A stretch of 64,000 nucleotides of DNA, taken from positions 44,316 to 108,315 of IMG/VR virus record IMGVR_UViG_3300021197_001203; one strand, written 5' to 3'. The notes under the pieces were generated by a model, which made no database searches, was not told the DNA's origin, and saw nothing but the letters and a program-made list of their open reading frames with translations. Each line of letters begins with the position of its first letter. The stretch's first letter is position 1. The stretch comes from a virus. Positions 19,079 through 28,783 of the stretch are shown here, piece by piece. The position numbers were made by a program, and so were the translations under genes.

Positions 19079-19405
19079 ATGAACGATAAAAGGCTCAAGG
19101 CAATAAGCATAGAGAGAAGATACAGGGTGTTTCATTCGGCATGGACAGATATACTGAGAGAGCTTAGAGCTGAAAGAGGGGCTTTGTTAGGCAGCAGTGA
19201 ATATGATGACCAATTAGCTATGCAGAAGGCTGTTAGCTTAGATTTGATCGACCAAAGAATACAAGACGCTGAAACATGGATGACAAGATACCAAAATGAG
19301 AGAGAGGATAATTACAGGAAACTGAAATGGAATGCACGAAAGCTCATCAATGAGATAAAGACCATGACTGATAATGAATTGGAGGCAGGGCACCATGAAA
19401 TCTAA
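19079..19405 (+). CDS. Helical/coiled-coil hypothetical protein
   Basis: ORF track 19043..19405; first ATG at 19079. Confidence 0.65.
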   Translation: MNDKRLKAISIERRYRVFHSAWTDILRELRAERGALLGSSEYDDQLAMQKAVSLDLIDQRIQDAETWMTRYQNEREDNYRKLKWNARKLINEIKTMTDNELEAGHHEI

Positions 19406-19539
19406 AGTTAAGTGTAGTAGCAGGTGTCTCGATCCAAGAGGTAAACCAATTTATATGATTCGTGGTCCTGAAAAGTGGATGGTTATAGAATCAAGAAAAG
19501 CACCAACTTTAGTGTGCCCTGCTTGTAGGGGGTGGACAT

Positions 19540-20067
19540 TTGAAAGAGTTTGAAGATGTGTCCAATCATCAAATTGAGTGGTGCGATAGACTTTGGACAT
19601 CACTAAAGATAGACGCTAGCTGGACATTACCTAGTGTTGGCATCTATATCAAAACAGGAACCTACGAATTAACCTTGAATGAATTATTCTTTTCAAAACC
19701 AACGCCTGACGCTTTTGGCATGAACGCATTTGATACGCACGATTGGGTTATTTACGTGGCAGGACTTTTGAATTGGAATGTAAAAACCGAGATTGTAAAA
19801 GCCCATGACTGGGATGGGAACGAAGTTGAAATGTGGGACTCATCGAGGGTAGGTGAAGTTGATGTATGTTCTAAAAAGTGTGGTGCGGTAATACGAATTG
19901 AACCTTATGTTGCAGGAAACCATTACACACAGATTGACGACAAAGGTGTTTGTCCTTGTTGCGATCAAATAGGTTTTGAAAGTCAGTGGTTTAATTGTTG
20001 GGTAGTGGTCGATGATCGAGCTGCGAGATTGAAGATAGAAAACAGCTGGATAAAAGAAGAGGAATAA
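19540..20067 (+). CDS. Hypothetical protein with zinc-binding Cys
   Basis: TTG start after GGGGGTGG; CSKKC...CPCC. Confidence 0.65.
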   Translation: MKEFEDVSNHQIEWCDRLWTSLKIDASWTLPSVGIYIKTGTYELTLNELFFSKPTPDAFGMNAFDTHDWVIYVAGLLNWNVKTEIVKAHDWDGNEVEMWDSSRVGEVDVCSKKCGAVIRIEPYVAGNHYTQIDDKGVCPCCDQIGFESQWFNCWVVVDDRAARLKIENSWIKEEE

Positions 20068-20069
20068 AT

Positions 20070-20363
20070 ATGGTCAATAAACACGATTACAAAAGCAAAA
20101 TACATGAAGTTGTGCAAACTTCTTGCCACATGGGTCAGGAATTACATTTGACTACATCTAATGCTTATGGTAGTCGTGTCTTGAATCTTAGGATGAATAG
20201 AGTGGTGCCTAGTAAAACAGGTTATACTGGCTACACAAAGGTTGGTGTATTTATGACAAGAAAAGAAGCTACTCAGTTAAGGGATGCTTTGATTGATTTG
20301 CTAGCTGATGATATAGCGTGGGATGAAGGGGAGGATGAATGGAATGAAATGGAACACAATTGA
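20070..20363 (+). CDS. PC4/YdbC-like ssDNA-binding protein
   Basis: G..VLNLR...TGYTKVGVFM...A..LRDAL resembles the PC4 fold pattern. Confidence 0.55.
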   Translation: MVNKHDYKSKIHEVVQTSCHMGQELHLTTSNAYGSRVLNLRMNRVVPSKTGYTGYTKVGVFMTRKEATQLRDALIDLLADDIAWDEGEDEWNEMEHN

Positions 20364-20808
20364 TGATTTTTTAGAATATCACCACGACATAATTAGGAAA
20401 TTGACCGAGGGCTGTTTTAGAGAAACTTATCTAAGAGACAAATACTATAATAAAAACACAAAGGAAATTGAAACTGAAAGAAAAAAATTAGACATTGACA
20501 GCATAACTCGGTTATCTTTTGAATTATGGAAACAAAGTCGTGTCTTTAGTAATAGACAAGTATTCCCTTTGTGTTTTGATTGTTGTTATTTGATCATGAA
20601 AGCAACAGGCAACAAGGTTTCAATAACTGAATTAGAAATGGTAGGGTTAGAAGCCGTAGGCAATCCAGTGTCGGCTCTTAAATGGCGTAAAGAAAGATGG
20701 TTTGAATCAGAAAAGGGCAAACAAGCTATTCTGAATGTGTTGTCAGATGGTGATAGCTCACACCCCTCATTCATACTAGAGCTGTATGAGGATTTAATTG
20801 AAAGGTGA
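20344..20808 (+). CDS. Hypothetical protein
   Basis: Start MKWNT after GGAGG. Confidence 0.65.
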   Translation: MKWNTIDDFLEYHHDIIRKLTEGCFRETYLRDKYYNKNTKEIETERKKLDIDSITRLSFELWKQSRVFSNRQVFPLCFDCCYLIMKATGNKVSITELEMVGLEAVGNPVSALKWRKERWFESEKGKQAILNVLSDGDSSHPSFILELYEDLIER

Positions 20809-20812
20809 TACA

Positions 20813-22255
20813 ATGTTATCTTTCAGGGGCTTTGCTGAATCGTGGAGGGTGCTTCACCCAAGTTTGGGAAATGCTCGCAATAAAGATGTCTTGATCGCAA
20901 ATAACCTAAAGGCAACCATGTCTAATCAATGGCCTGTAATATATTTATTCTATTCACCGATTTCTGAAAAAAGGTTATCAGACGAAGATTTCAGAGAGAT
21001 TTATTACCTACTAACAGGGGCATATCCCTCAGAAGTAATGGAAAATCCTGACTTAATACGATTGATTAGTAAATTATCAGAGACACAAATCACTACTGTT
21101 TCAGTGTTGTCAGCGTATATGCGTATTGAAAGAATAATACAGAACAAGGACAATGAAGTTAGAGCTGAGTTATTAGTCCCTATGTTTAGCGCAATTAACG
21201 AAAGGGACTTGTGGGTCTTTTTAGCCCGATTAAGTGTTAAGGGGGGTGCTACTAAACGAAGAGATATAATTTCAGGGTTGGCCTTAGCTAACGATGAAAG
21301 GTTCCATCATGTCAGGTCTTCTGTTAATCTGTCCGGCTTAAAACGCACCGTGTCTCTCATTTCATCAGGGTCTTTTGATTACAACGCTGTCAGGCCACGC
21401 CTAGGCGTTCCTATGATAATACCAAGTCCATCTTACGAAAAAGACCCCTCTTCAATATCTTTTACTAAATGTTATGCCGAAGAAGTTGAGGGGGCATGGG
21501 TGTCTATCCACAAAACAGCCGCAGGGACTACTTTTGGCTATACTTCGTCCGGTGAAGAGCTTCCTGATGAGGACAACCAATCTTCACTTAACGCATGGGC
21601 TGAGGCGGCTGGTTTGCCTACTGGCATATTCCTATGTGATTACGCTGAAATGAGAGAAACGCAAGTTATGGTAATTGACTGGCTAACCCCCAGCGACCCA
21701 AAGATGCCCTTCAATAAGAGACATGAATATTTGCTCGATCATGTGGATTCATGGGCAATGAAAAAGTTAGTGCCATTAGACGACCCTTTAGATTCGATAG
21801 CTATCACAGGTAATAAAAGGCCGATAATAATAAGAAATGCAAGGGGCATTATTTCTTATGAGAACACGCCTGATGAGGTTGTATTAATCAAAACAGAAGA
21901 AACTCCTAAAATATTCAGGGTCATATCAGGCAAAGTAATACAATCTCAGACAGGCTCACCACCTACTATAATATGGGCAATATCAGCTAGAGATGGGCTG
22001 GGCTATTACACGGTGGGCGACATGGAAACCGAAAACCAAATTGCAGACCGATATATCAAAAGACACATAACGTCTAGTTTCAAGATGTTAGAAGGCGAAT
22101 TGATAAGGATTGATGTCCCTTGTTTTGTCGAAGTCGAAGTTATGTCAGCTGGGTGGGGGGATTATGGTCCTTATATTGTAGGCCGTATAGTCAAAGGTAG
22201 CCCCACTTCAGGTATATCGAATGTAGTAGGTATTGAGGAATTGGGATGGATTTAA
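20813..22255 (+). CDS. Degenerate ATP-dependent DNA ligase-like protein (catalytic Lys absent)
   Basis: Ligase-like order: helical N-domain, RPRLGVP, then EEVEGAWVSIHK in place of E.KYDG.R.Q.HK, PFNKRHEYL, and an OB-like C-terminus (ARDG...Y.VG, FVEVE). Confidence 0.6.
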   Translation: MLSFRGFAESWRVLHPSLGNARNKDVLIANNLKATMSNQWPVIYLFYSPISEKRLSDEDFREIYYLLTGAYPSEVMENPDLIRLISKLSETQITTVSVLSAYMRIERIIQNKDNEVRAELLVPMFSAINERDLWVFLARLSVKGGATKRRDIISGLALANDERFHHVRSSVNLSGLKRTVSLISSGSFDYNAVRPRLGVPMIIPSPSYEKDPSSISFTKCYAEEVEGAWVSIHKTAAGTTFGYTSSGEELPDEDNQSSLNAWAEAAGLPTGIFLCDYAEMRETQVMVIDWLTPSDPKMPFNKRHEYLLDHVDSWAMKKLVPLDDPLDSIAITGNKRPIIIRNARGIISYENTPDEVVLIKTEETPKIFRVISGKVIQSQTGSPPTIIWAISARDGLGYYTVGDMETENQIADRYIKRHITSSFKMLEGELIRIDVPCFVEVEVMSAGWGDYGPYIVGRIVKGSPTSGISNVVGIEELGWI

Positions 22256-22623
22256 GCAATGACCAAAAAGATTTGATTGTCTTTGCCTCTAGCATAAGAG
22301 GGGGTATTGTTTCCCGAAGAAGCAGTAAAAGACGATGTGGTTATGAAATTAGAGTCGAATTAAATATTAAAAACACCTCTGACAGAAACATTGTCGCTAA
22401 GGTATTAGATGGTTTAGGTGTAAAACATAGAAAAACTTACACTAATTCAGATGAAATAGATAAAATAATGAAACTGATCGAGGGGTTAGAAGGACTTTCC
22501 GATACAACACACGGCTTGAAAATGGTGAATCGCCTTAATGGTGTGCTAAAACAGCCTGAAACCCATGATGAAGTCATACTAGCTTTATCGCTAATACAAA
22601 CACATTTGGAAGTGAGAGGTTAA
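22246..22623 (+). CDS. Degenerate LAGLIDADG-like protein
   Basis: N-terminal helix followed by GYEIRVELNI; the acidic LAGLIDADG residues are not conserved. Confidence 0.4.
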   Translation: MDLSNDQKDLIVFASSIRGGIVSRRSSKRRCGYEIRVELNIKNTSDRNIVAKVLDGLGVKHRKTYTNSDEIDKIMKLIEGLEGLSDTTHGLKMVNRLNGVLKQPETHDEVILALSLIQTHLEVRG

Positions 22624-22676
22624 AGGTAAGACCTATCTCCCACAATCTCCCGAACAAAAAAACCGAGGTATCAAGA

Positions 22677-24008
22677 ATGACTTACAAAGATGAATTAGAA
22701 TTGACAGCACAAGAACGTGGACAGAATGCAGAAGAGGTTGAAGCCTCTTTTACAGACTGGCTTAAAACTCATTTAGGTGAGTTATGGGCAGCAAATGGCG
22801 GGTCATTAGAAAACTGGCCAGCTGTGGATTTAGCAGATGTATTCCAACAATATTACTCAGCATCATCAAGAAGGTCAGGTTCAAGCGGTGGCGGGAAAGG
22901 CGACACATGGGTTGGAATGGTAGTAGGCTACAACGGAGTAAGAGACAATATGAGAGTCCAGCGTCAGGCGGCTATTGATGCGGCTGAGACTAATTTAAGT
23001 GCTACACTAAAACATGGCTTTGTGCATAATAGTAAGAATATTGGAGTAGGTAGGGTGTTCTATGACTCAGGTAGCTGGGTTGCTGTAAATGCAGATGATC
23101 ATCGTATTCATACTGAAGAAGGTGTGCAAGAACCGTTGCCTGATTGGGTAATCCCTATTAACAATGGTATGTCTAATATATGTCTTCTTAGAGAGGACCG
23201 CAAACCAAAAACTGCTTACATTTGGAAAAGGTCGTGGATTTTCGTGGGCAATAAGTTAGACGATTTCATGACAAATGGCCCACTAAAGCCTATGTCATTA
23301 GAATGTTCTTTTGATGCAGCTAAGGTTAAACTAAAGATGAATGTGCCTATACTTTTCAAAGCCGAAGAGAAGGCTGCGTGGAATAATGAGAAGGTGATGA
23401 ATCTTGAAGCGAATATGATAGACCCGAATTACGGCCTTGACTGGATTCCTGATGAACAATTAGGTAAAGCACAAGCAATGTTTTCGCCCGATCAATATAT
23501 CGCACAATTCCTACCAGTGGTTCCTTTAGAGGATTACATGGATTACCACGATAACGCTCAAGATAAGATACAGCTAAGAAATGGCGGAGAGATTGGGCCT
23601 ATCTTTGCGGTTATGGGTGAAGTGGATTATATACAGTCTGATGGACGTGATGACCCTTACGCAGAAGGTGGTTTCAAACACCCTATTGTGTTATCTAATC
23701 AGAATCTAAAAAGAGAGAACCCTTCTAATTCAGGCATATGGATTAATTTAACAGCGGCTCATGTAAATGACCATCAAGCTCACAAAGTTAAGAAAGCCGA
23801 TGGCTGGCATGATTACCAACAGGGGTCAAGAGTATGGTGCGTTGTCCAAACAAGGACATGGATCGGAAATGATGGTTCTATTGGCTACAATATGGAAGGG
23901 TTAAATGTTTATGCTTTACCACTACGTTCTATTGTTTCAGCTACGCCAACAGTAGCAACAAACGATGTATCACAATTTGATGGCTTCCATGAGGGGGAAT
24001 GGGAGTGA
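22677..24008 (+). CDS. Putative single-stranded DNA-binding (OB-fold) replication protein
   Basis: First gene after a TTAAAGGT promoter and ahead of the recombination ATPase; aromatic/beta-rich with an acidic-aromatic C-tail. Function inferred from context. Confidence 0.5.
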   Translation: MTYKDELELTAQERGQNAEEVEASFTDWLKTHLGELWAANGGSLENWPAVDLADVFQQYYSASSRRSGSSGGGKGDTWVGMVVGYNGVRDNMRVQRQAAIDAAETNLSATLKHGFVHNSKNIGVGRVFYDSGSWVAVNADDHRIHTEEGVQEPLPDWVIPINNGMSNICLLREDRKPKTAYIWKRSWIFVGNKLDDFMTNGPLKPMSLECSFDAAKVKLKMNVPILFKAEEKAAWNNEKVMNLEANMIDPNYGLDWIPDEQLGKAQAMFSPDQYIAQFLPVVPLEDYMDYHDNAQDKIQLRNGGEIGPIFAVMGEVDYIQSDGRDDPYAEGGFKHPIVLSNQNLKRENPSNSGIWINLTAAHVNDHQAHKVKKADGWHDYQQGSRVWCVVQTRTWIGNDGSIGYNMEGLNVYALPLRSIVSATPTVATNDVSQFDGFHEGEWE

Positions 24009-25216
24009 GTGGAACAGGATTTTTTGACTCATTTGAGCCTGTTGATACCAACAGTGAAGAAGGTGCATTGAATAAGAAAAAGGTTCCAGCACCTACTGTT
24101 TTATCAAAAGGTTTCAAGCCTAACCCAACGCCTCAAAGGAAAACTCCCGATGAACATCTAATGCCTCCAACGCCCCCACCATTACCGAGTAAGGGGGCTT
24201 TAGGTAATACAAACCAGCCAACCGGAATAATGCAACAACAGCCAGTCCCTCCTAGTAAGAGGACACGCAGTAATAACCCAGCATGGCAACAGATAGATGC
24301 GGCTAGAGGCAGGGCTTCTAGTAGCCACAAACATATCCTTCTAGGGATAGCTGGTCCCCCAAAATCGGGTAAATCAGGTATGGTATTAGATTCTTTAACC
24401 GATCAGGAAAAAGAAAATGGTGCTGAAATACACCATATTGACTTCGATGCAGGAGGCGAAAGCACAAAGGCAGCACATCACAGTGGTTCAAAAAACATAG
24501 TCGTATTGAATCCGTGGGTTATGAATGATAAGCCCAGCCGTGTTCCTTATGATTTCCCTGCTACTTATCAGATGACGATTGATTATCTGAAGGCAGCTAT
24601 TGAACAAGCTGATTACCAAATGGCTTATTTTGAAGAGCATGGTAAAATGCCAACTCCTTATCTGAAAACAGTTTGTTTCGATGGGGCTGACCACTGGTTG
24701 AATATATGTGAGACTACAATGAAAGTGGATGACCTTCAATTAGGTGTGGATGGAATTGCTACTTCAGGAAAAGCGACAACCACTAAAATAGGCAGATTCA
24801 ATTGGAACATTCGTAAAAACAGATATAACTCCGCTTTGACAGCGTTGCAGGAATTATGCAGAAGAGGTATTCATTGTTATTTGATCACGCACATGAAGTC
24901 GGCTTACGATTCACAGGGTAATGAGTTAATAGGTGCTGATACCCCTAATTGGCTCAAGGACACCGAAGGCTGGTTGCAGCAAATGGCTGTCGTGGAGTTA
25001 GAAGAGGAACGAAATGAAAGAGGCGAATTGACGGGTGTCACTGAAGCTTCAGCTATCCTTACACAGAACCGCACTAGCTTGAAATCTTACGGTAGGGTCA
25101 AACTATTCCGTAAGGACAACGAAGGTGGCGAATGGTATGGTTGGAAGGGCTTACGAGATGGAACATTTGAACATCCCGAAGATGTAAAAGACGATAGCGA
25201 AACTTCTTCGGAATGA
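23999..25216 (+). CDS. RecA-superfamily / AAA_24 (Sak4/RadB-like) ATPase with Pro-rich N-terminus
   Basis: Walker A GPPKSGKS, IDFD.G, Walker B VCFDG, YLITH. Confidence 0.75.
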   Translation: MGVSGTGFFDSFEPVDTNSEEGALNKKKVPAPTVLSKGFKPNPTPQRKTPDEHLMPPTPPPLPSKGALGNTNQPTGIMQQQPVPPSKRTRSNNPAWQQIDAARGRASSSHKHILLGIAGPPKSGKSGMVLDSLTDQEKENGAEIHHIDFDAGGESTKAAHHSGSKNIVVLNPWVMNDKPSRVPYDFPATYQMTIDYLKAAIEQADYQMAYFEEHGKMPTPYLKTVCFDGADHWLNICETTMKVDDLQLGVDGIATSGKATTTKIGRFNWNIRKNRYNSALTALQELCRRGIHCYLITHMKSAYDSQGNELIGADTPNWLKDTEGWLQQMAVVELEEERNERGELTGVTEASAILTQNRTSLKSYGRVKLFRKDNEGGEWYGWKGLRDGTFEHPEDVKDDSETSSE

Positions 25217-26190
25217 TCGTAATGTCAGCTGAGACTGGTGTCGTCTGTTTTTCAGGGGGCAAAGATAGCACTGCTATGATGATTGAATTGCTCAAGAGGT
25301 ATTACGAAGAAGGGGACACTGAGCTGCCTGTGACACGCATTATATTTGCAGATACTGGTTTTGAGTTTCCCGAATTGATAGCGTATTTGAAGAAAATAGA
25401 GGTTTATATTCAAGAGAGATTCGATCCTGAACTCAAAGTGGAGTTTGTCAAATCTCCTAGAACATGGGAGGATTGGTTCTATGGTGAAATAACTAGAGGG
25501 CACAATAAAGGCAAACAACGAGGGGCACCATTACGTGCCTACCCTTGTTGGTGGGCTAGAGAGTCTAAGGTTCAGCCCTTACAAAGAGCCACAAAAGATG
25601 CCGACATTGTTTATGTGGGTATAGCTAAGGATGAAGAACACAGGACAAGGAATAGTGGGAAACACGGCAAATCGGGTAAATCACATACAGAAGACCCTAG
25701 AAACGCACGTAATCGTTATCCTTTGGTCGAATGGGGGTGGACTGAGCAGGATTGTTTTGACTATCTCGATGACTTAGGTATTATGAATGAGCTTTATGTT
25801 AATTTTACAAGACTGGGGTGTTTCCATTGTATCAAACAACCAGCCGAATCATGGTGGGGGGTTTATCGTGGTTATCCCGATCTATGGGAGATAGCGAAGC
25901 ATTGGGACAAAGAGAGTATAAAGATTACAGGACACGGTTTGAGGTCTATGAAAGTAGGTGATGGTTGGTCTTTAGAAGAAATGGAAGTCCGTTTCAAAGA
26001 TGGCTGGGTGCCTAAGAGTAGGACTAAGTTTGATTGTAATTCATGTGATGCTGTGCGCTTTGTTGCAGAAGGGCAGATGTCGTTAGAAGATTTTAACGAT
26101 GATAACGCACATGAAAGAATGGGACTGATAGATGAAGAAACACCAGCGTGTGATATTGTATGGGGTAAAGAGGATGAAGCTTCAGCGTAG
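25213..26190 (+). CDS. PAPS reductase / PP-loop family protein (DndC-related superfamily)
   Basis: FSGGKDSTAM, FADTG.EFPE, CWW.RESK..PL, GIAKDE..R, YPLVEWGWTE, RLGCFHC. Confidence 0.85.
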   Translation: MIVMSAETGVVCFSGGKDSTAMMIELLKRYYEEGDTELPVTRIIFADTGFEFPELIAYLKKIEVYIQERFDPELKVEFVKSPRTWEDWFYGEITRGHNKGKQRGAPLRAYPCWWARESKVQPLQRATKDADIVYVGIAKDEEHRTRNSGKHGKSGKSHTEDPRNARNRYPLVEWGWTEQDCFDYLDDLGIMNELYVNFTRLGCFHCIKQPAESWWGVYRGYPDLWEIAKHWDKESIKITGHGLRSMKVGDGWSLEEMEVRFKDGWVPKSRTKFDCNSCDAVRFVAEGQMSLEDFNDDNAHERMGLIDEETPACDIVWGKEDEASA

Positions 26191-27133
26191 GCCGCCAAGA
26201 GCATACCCTGTCCCAAATCGTGAAGGTTTGACATCTTCTTACAATTGGAACCCAGCTATGACAGACAGGGTAATTTTGAGAGTATCGAAGTCATCATTAG
26301 GGGCTTACAATTTTTGCCCTCAACAATATTTTATTAAATATATTTTAGGAGTTAAAGAACCACAAAACGATAACATGGTTAGAGGTAGTAATGTCCACGA
26401 TGCGACTGAGGACTTTTACAATGACGTTAATGTAAGTTATGCAGCTTCTATGCGTTCTTATGGGTATGATCGAGTTTTAGAATACTTCAAAGGATTCATA
26501 CCTGACTCTAATCCCGAAAGAGGACTTTTTGAGTTGGGTGAACAAAAACACCTAGAGATACTCTTTGAAGCTGAAGCTAAACGATTTATGACCTGCGACC
26601 CATTGCATTTTCTTCCAGTGGGAAATGAAGTCACTTTAGATGCGGTGGTCGAAATAGAAGGGGTATTGGTTCATTTAACTGGTATAGTGGACCGTATCTT
26701 TATGGATGAGAATAACGACATACATATTCACGAATTGAAGACAGGAGTTTGGAAACACAAACCCTCAAAATTACTTGGTATGCAGAAAGAAATGGCGTAT
26801 TACGTTTATCTTATGACTCAAACCGATCATGAAAAGTTGGGAGGTATTAATGCGGCTTACTGGGGCTGGGACCATACTGCTGGATTATTGAACCAGTACG
26901 ATGATAGAGTATATCGGTTTATAGAAATAGTTCAAGCTGACGCAATTAGAGAAATGATGAATGACTTGAGGGATTTAGTTAAATCCCATAAAAGATATAA
27001 CGGATTGGAACGGGATGACATATCATTCCCATTGAAAGACATCGGGGCTGTGCAATATATTTGCGAACCGTGGTGTCGTTTGAAGGGCTATTGCTCACGA
27101 TACAACCGTGTTGCTATGTATGAGGAAGAATAA
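26174..27133 (+). CDS. Cas4-like PD-(D/E)XK exonuclease with probable Fe-S staple
   Basis: SKSS....FCPQQY, G.NVH, GIVDRI, HELKTG, EMAYY and C-terminal C..WC.....C. Confidence 0.85.
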   Translation: MKLQRRPPRAYPVPNREGLTSSYNWNPAMTDRVILRVSKSSLGAYNFCPQQYFIKYILGVKEPQNDNMVRGSNVHDATEDFYNDVNVSYAASMRSYGYDRVLEYFKGFIPDSNPERGLFELGEQKHLEILFEAEAKRFMTCDPLHFLPVGNEVTLDAVVEIEGVLVHLTGIVDRIFMDENNDIHIHELKTGVWKHKPSKLLGMQKEMAYYVYLMTQTDHEKLGGINAAYWGWDHTAGLLNQYDDRVYRFIEIVQADAIREMMNDLRDLVKSHKRYNGLERDDISFPLKDIGAVQYICEPWCRLKGYCSRYNRVAMYEEE

Positions 27134-27135
27134 TT

Positions 27136-28233
27136 ATGGCCAGTATGTTTGATGGTTTCCCCCGTGAAGTGGATATGCGTGTCAGGAAGGTCATTCATTC
27201 AAAAGAAGAGTTTCAAAGATACGTGTCTAAAACAAACGGTAAAGCTAACATGACAATAACCGTTTATCCTTTTAGAGAGACAAAACCAAAGGGAAACCGC
27301 TGTGAATACAATACCGCCATAATACCCCATTTTGTTATTGACCTCGATAAAGGTCGTGCTATTGATATGTTAGGAATGACTGATGAAGAAGCAGGACAGC
27401 GATGTGCCGAGGACACTTGGAAATTATCTTCGCACCTATTAAAAAATAATTGGAAACACTGTGTATTCTTTAGTGGTGGTGGCTTTCACATATGGTGTCT
27501 TTTAGATAAGACATATCGTTTACCCCCTGATGAGCTAAGTAAATTGTTATTTTCAGGGCGTATGCAAATCAACAAATGGGTTAAGGAAATGGACTTGGTT
27601 TCTCTTGATCCAGTAGTCTCCTTCAGACCTGATCGACACATAAGAATACCAAATAGCTACAATGTAAAAAGAAAGCTGTGGAGTATTCCTCTAAGTTTAG
27701 GTTCACTCTCAATGGGTTGGGACCACATTACCGAATTAGCAGAAAAACCCTCTCACGGCATGATACCTATGGGAAATGAGGGTATGCCGTTGGAGATAGT
27801 GGACACGGAAGACCAACAATATAAGATGTCAGGGCTGACAGGTTTTTTTGGAAAGTTTGACGCTGCGGCGATACGGGTTGAGATGAAGAATGTCGAAGGG
27901 ATTCCCATGTTGCCCTGTCTCAAAGCGGCTTGCTGTGAACAGGGGTCTAACCCTCCGCATCAATCCCGTGTTTATCTTATGATGTATCTCTTAGATTATT
28001 TCAGAAGGTTCGCTAGACCTGCTCATACTAGCAACATAACAAATAACGATGCTGTGCTTAAAGCACACGCATTTATCGAATCTTTAGAGTGGTCTGATTA
28101 CAATCCTAAAATCACAAGACAGATGTTAAACCACGGTGCCGCACGTTATTATCAAACACCCTCCTGCCCGAAACTCTTTGCTGAGAGTTTATGTGTAGGA
28201 CGCTGCCCGTTTTATGATGGGAAAGGGACGTGA
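27136..28233 (+). CDS. Archaeo-eukaryotic primase, PriS fused to the PriL C-terminal Fe-S domain
   Basis: DLD, FSGGGFH and DRHIRIPNSYN (PriS); PCL, NPPHQSR and TPSC..L....LCVGRC (PriL C-terminal domain). Confidence 0.9.
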   Translation: MASMFDGFPREVDMRVRKVIHSKEEFQRYVSKTNGKANMTITVYPFRETKPKGNRCEYNTAIIPHFVIDLDKGRAIDMLGMTDEEAGQRCAEDTWKLSSHLLKNNWKHCVFFSGGGFHIWCLLDKTYRLPPDELSKLLFSGRMQINKWVKEMDLVSLDPVVSFRPDRHIRIPNSYNVKRKLWSIPLSLGSLSMGWDHITELAEKPSHGMIPMGNEGMPLEIVDTEDQQYKMSGLTGFFGKFDAAAIRVEMKNVEGIPMLPCLKAACCEQGSNPPHQSRVYLMMYLLDYFRRFARPAHTSNITNNDAVLKAHAFIESLEWSDYNPKITRQMLNHGAARYYQTPSCPKLFAESLCVGRCPFYDGKGT

Positions 28234-28557
28234 ATGAATATGTCAGACGAATTAAATGAGATTAGAATGAAAAAAGCTAGAGAATTGATGGGGCTTCTTG
28301 AGAAGACCGAGAACAGTCAAGAAGACGAGGAAAAAATGGCAGAATTGAAGGCTATGATGCCGTGGTCATTCAGGGTCAATATAGAAAATGGATTTACTGA
28401 AGTGCTACACAACTTTCATGATGATGACGAAGAGCCTAATGTTGTCTGTATAACTGTTGACCCAGCCTTTGCAGACATGGTGACTGAAATGTTAAACCGA
28501 GCTTGGTTATTCCAGCAAGCTAACCCTGAACATTTAGGAGTTGAAAACGATGAATAA
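28234..28557 (+). CDS. Hypothetical protein
   Basis: ORF within the operon. Confidence 0.65.
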   Translation: MNMSDELNEIRMKKARELMGLLEKTENSQEDEEKMAELKAMMPWSFRVNIENGFTEVLHNFHDDDEEPNVVCITVDPAFADMVTEMLNRAWLFQQANPEHLGVENDE

Positions 28558-28783
28558 GATTAGGCTCAATACCGATAGCGGCTACACTACTATTGATTTG
28601 CACAAAGTCATGGCGATTACCACCATAGTGACTAGCGACCCACTGATCAAAGTGATGGGCAGAACAGCTATGGTAAAAATGGATATTCATATGATTGGTG
28701 GGACTATTTTTACTACTAAAGAAATGGACACAGCCGAGGCTGCAAAAGTCACTTCGCAATGGGCAGGTGATGAAGATGAGTAA
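28550..28783 (+). CDS. Hypothetical protein
   Basis: Start MNKIRL after AGGAG. Confidence 0.6.
   Translation: MNKIRLNTDSGYTTIDLHKVMAITTIVTSDPLIKVMGRTAMVKMDIHMIGGTIFTTKEMDTAEAAKVTSQWAGDEDE

Noticed and set aside
25213-26190. Complete dnd/ssp phosphorothioation operon
   Set aside because: Only one PP-loop gene; no cysteine desulfurase, DndD or DndE homologs recognised.
26174-27133. Cas4-like gene as evidence of a CRISPR-Cas system
   Set aside because: No cas1/cas2 or array. Stand-alone Cas4-like nucleases are common in archaeal virus replication modules.
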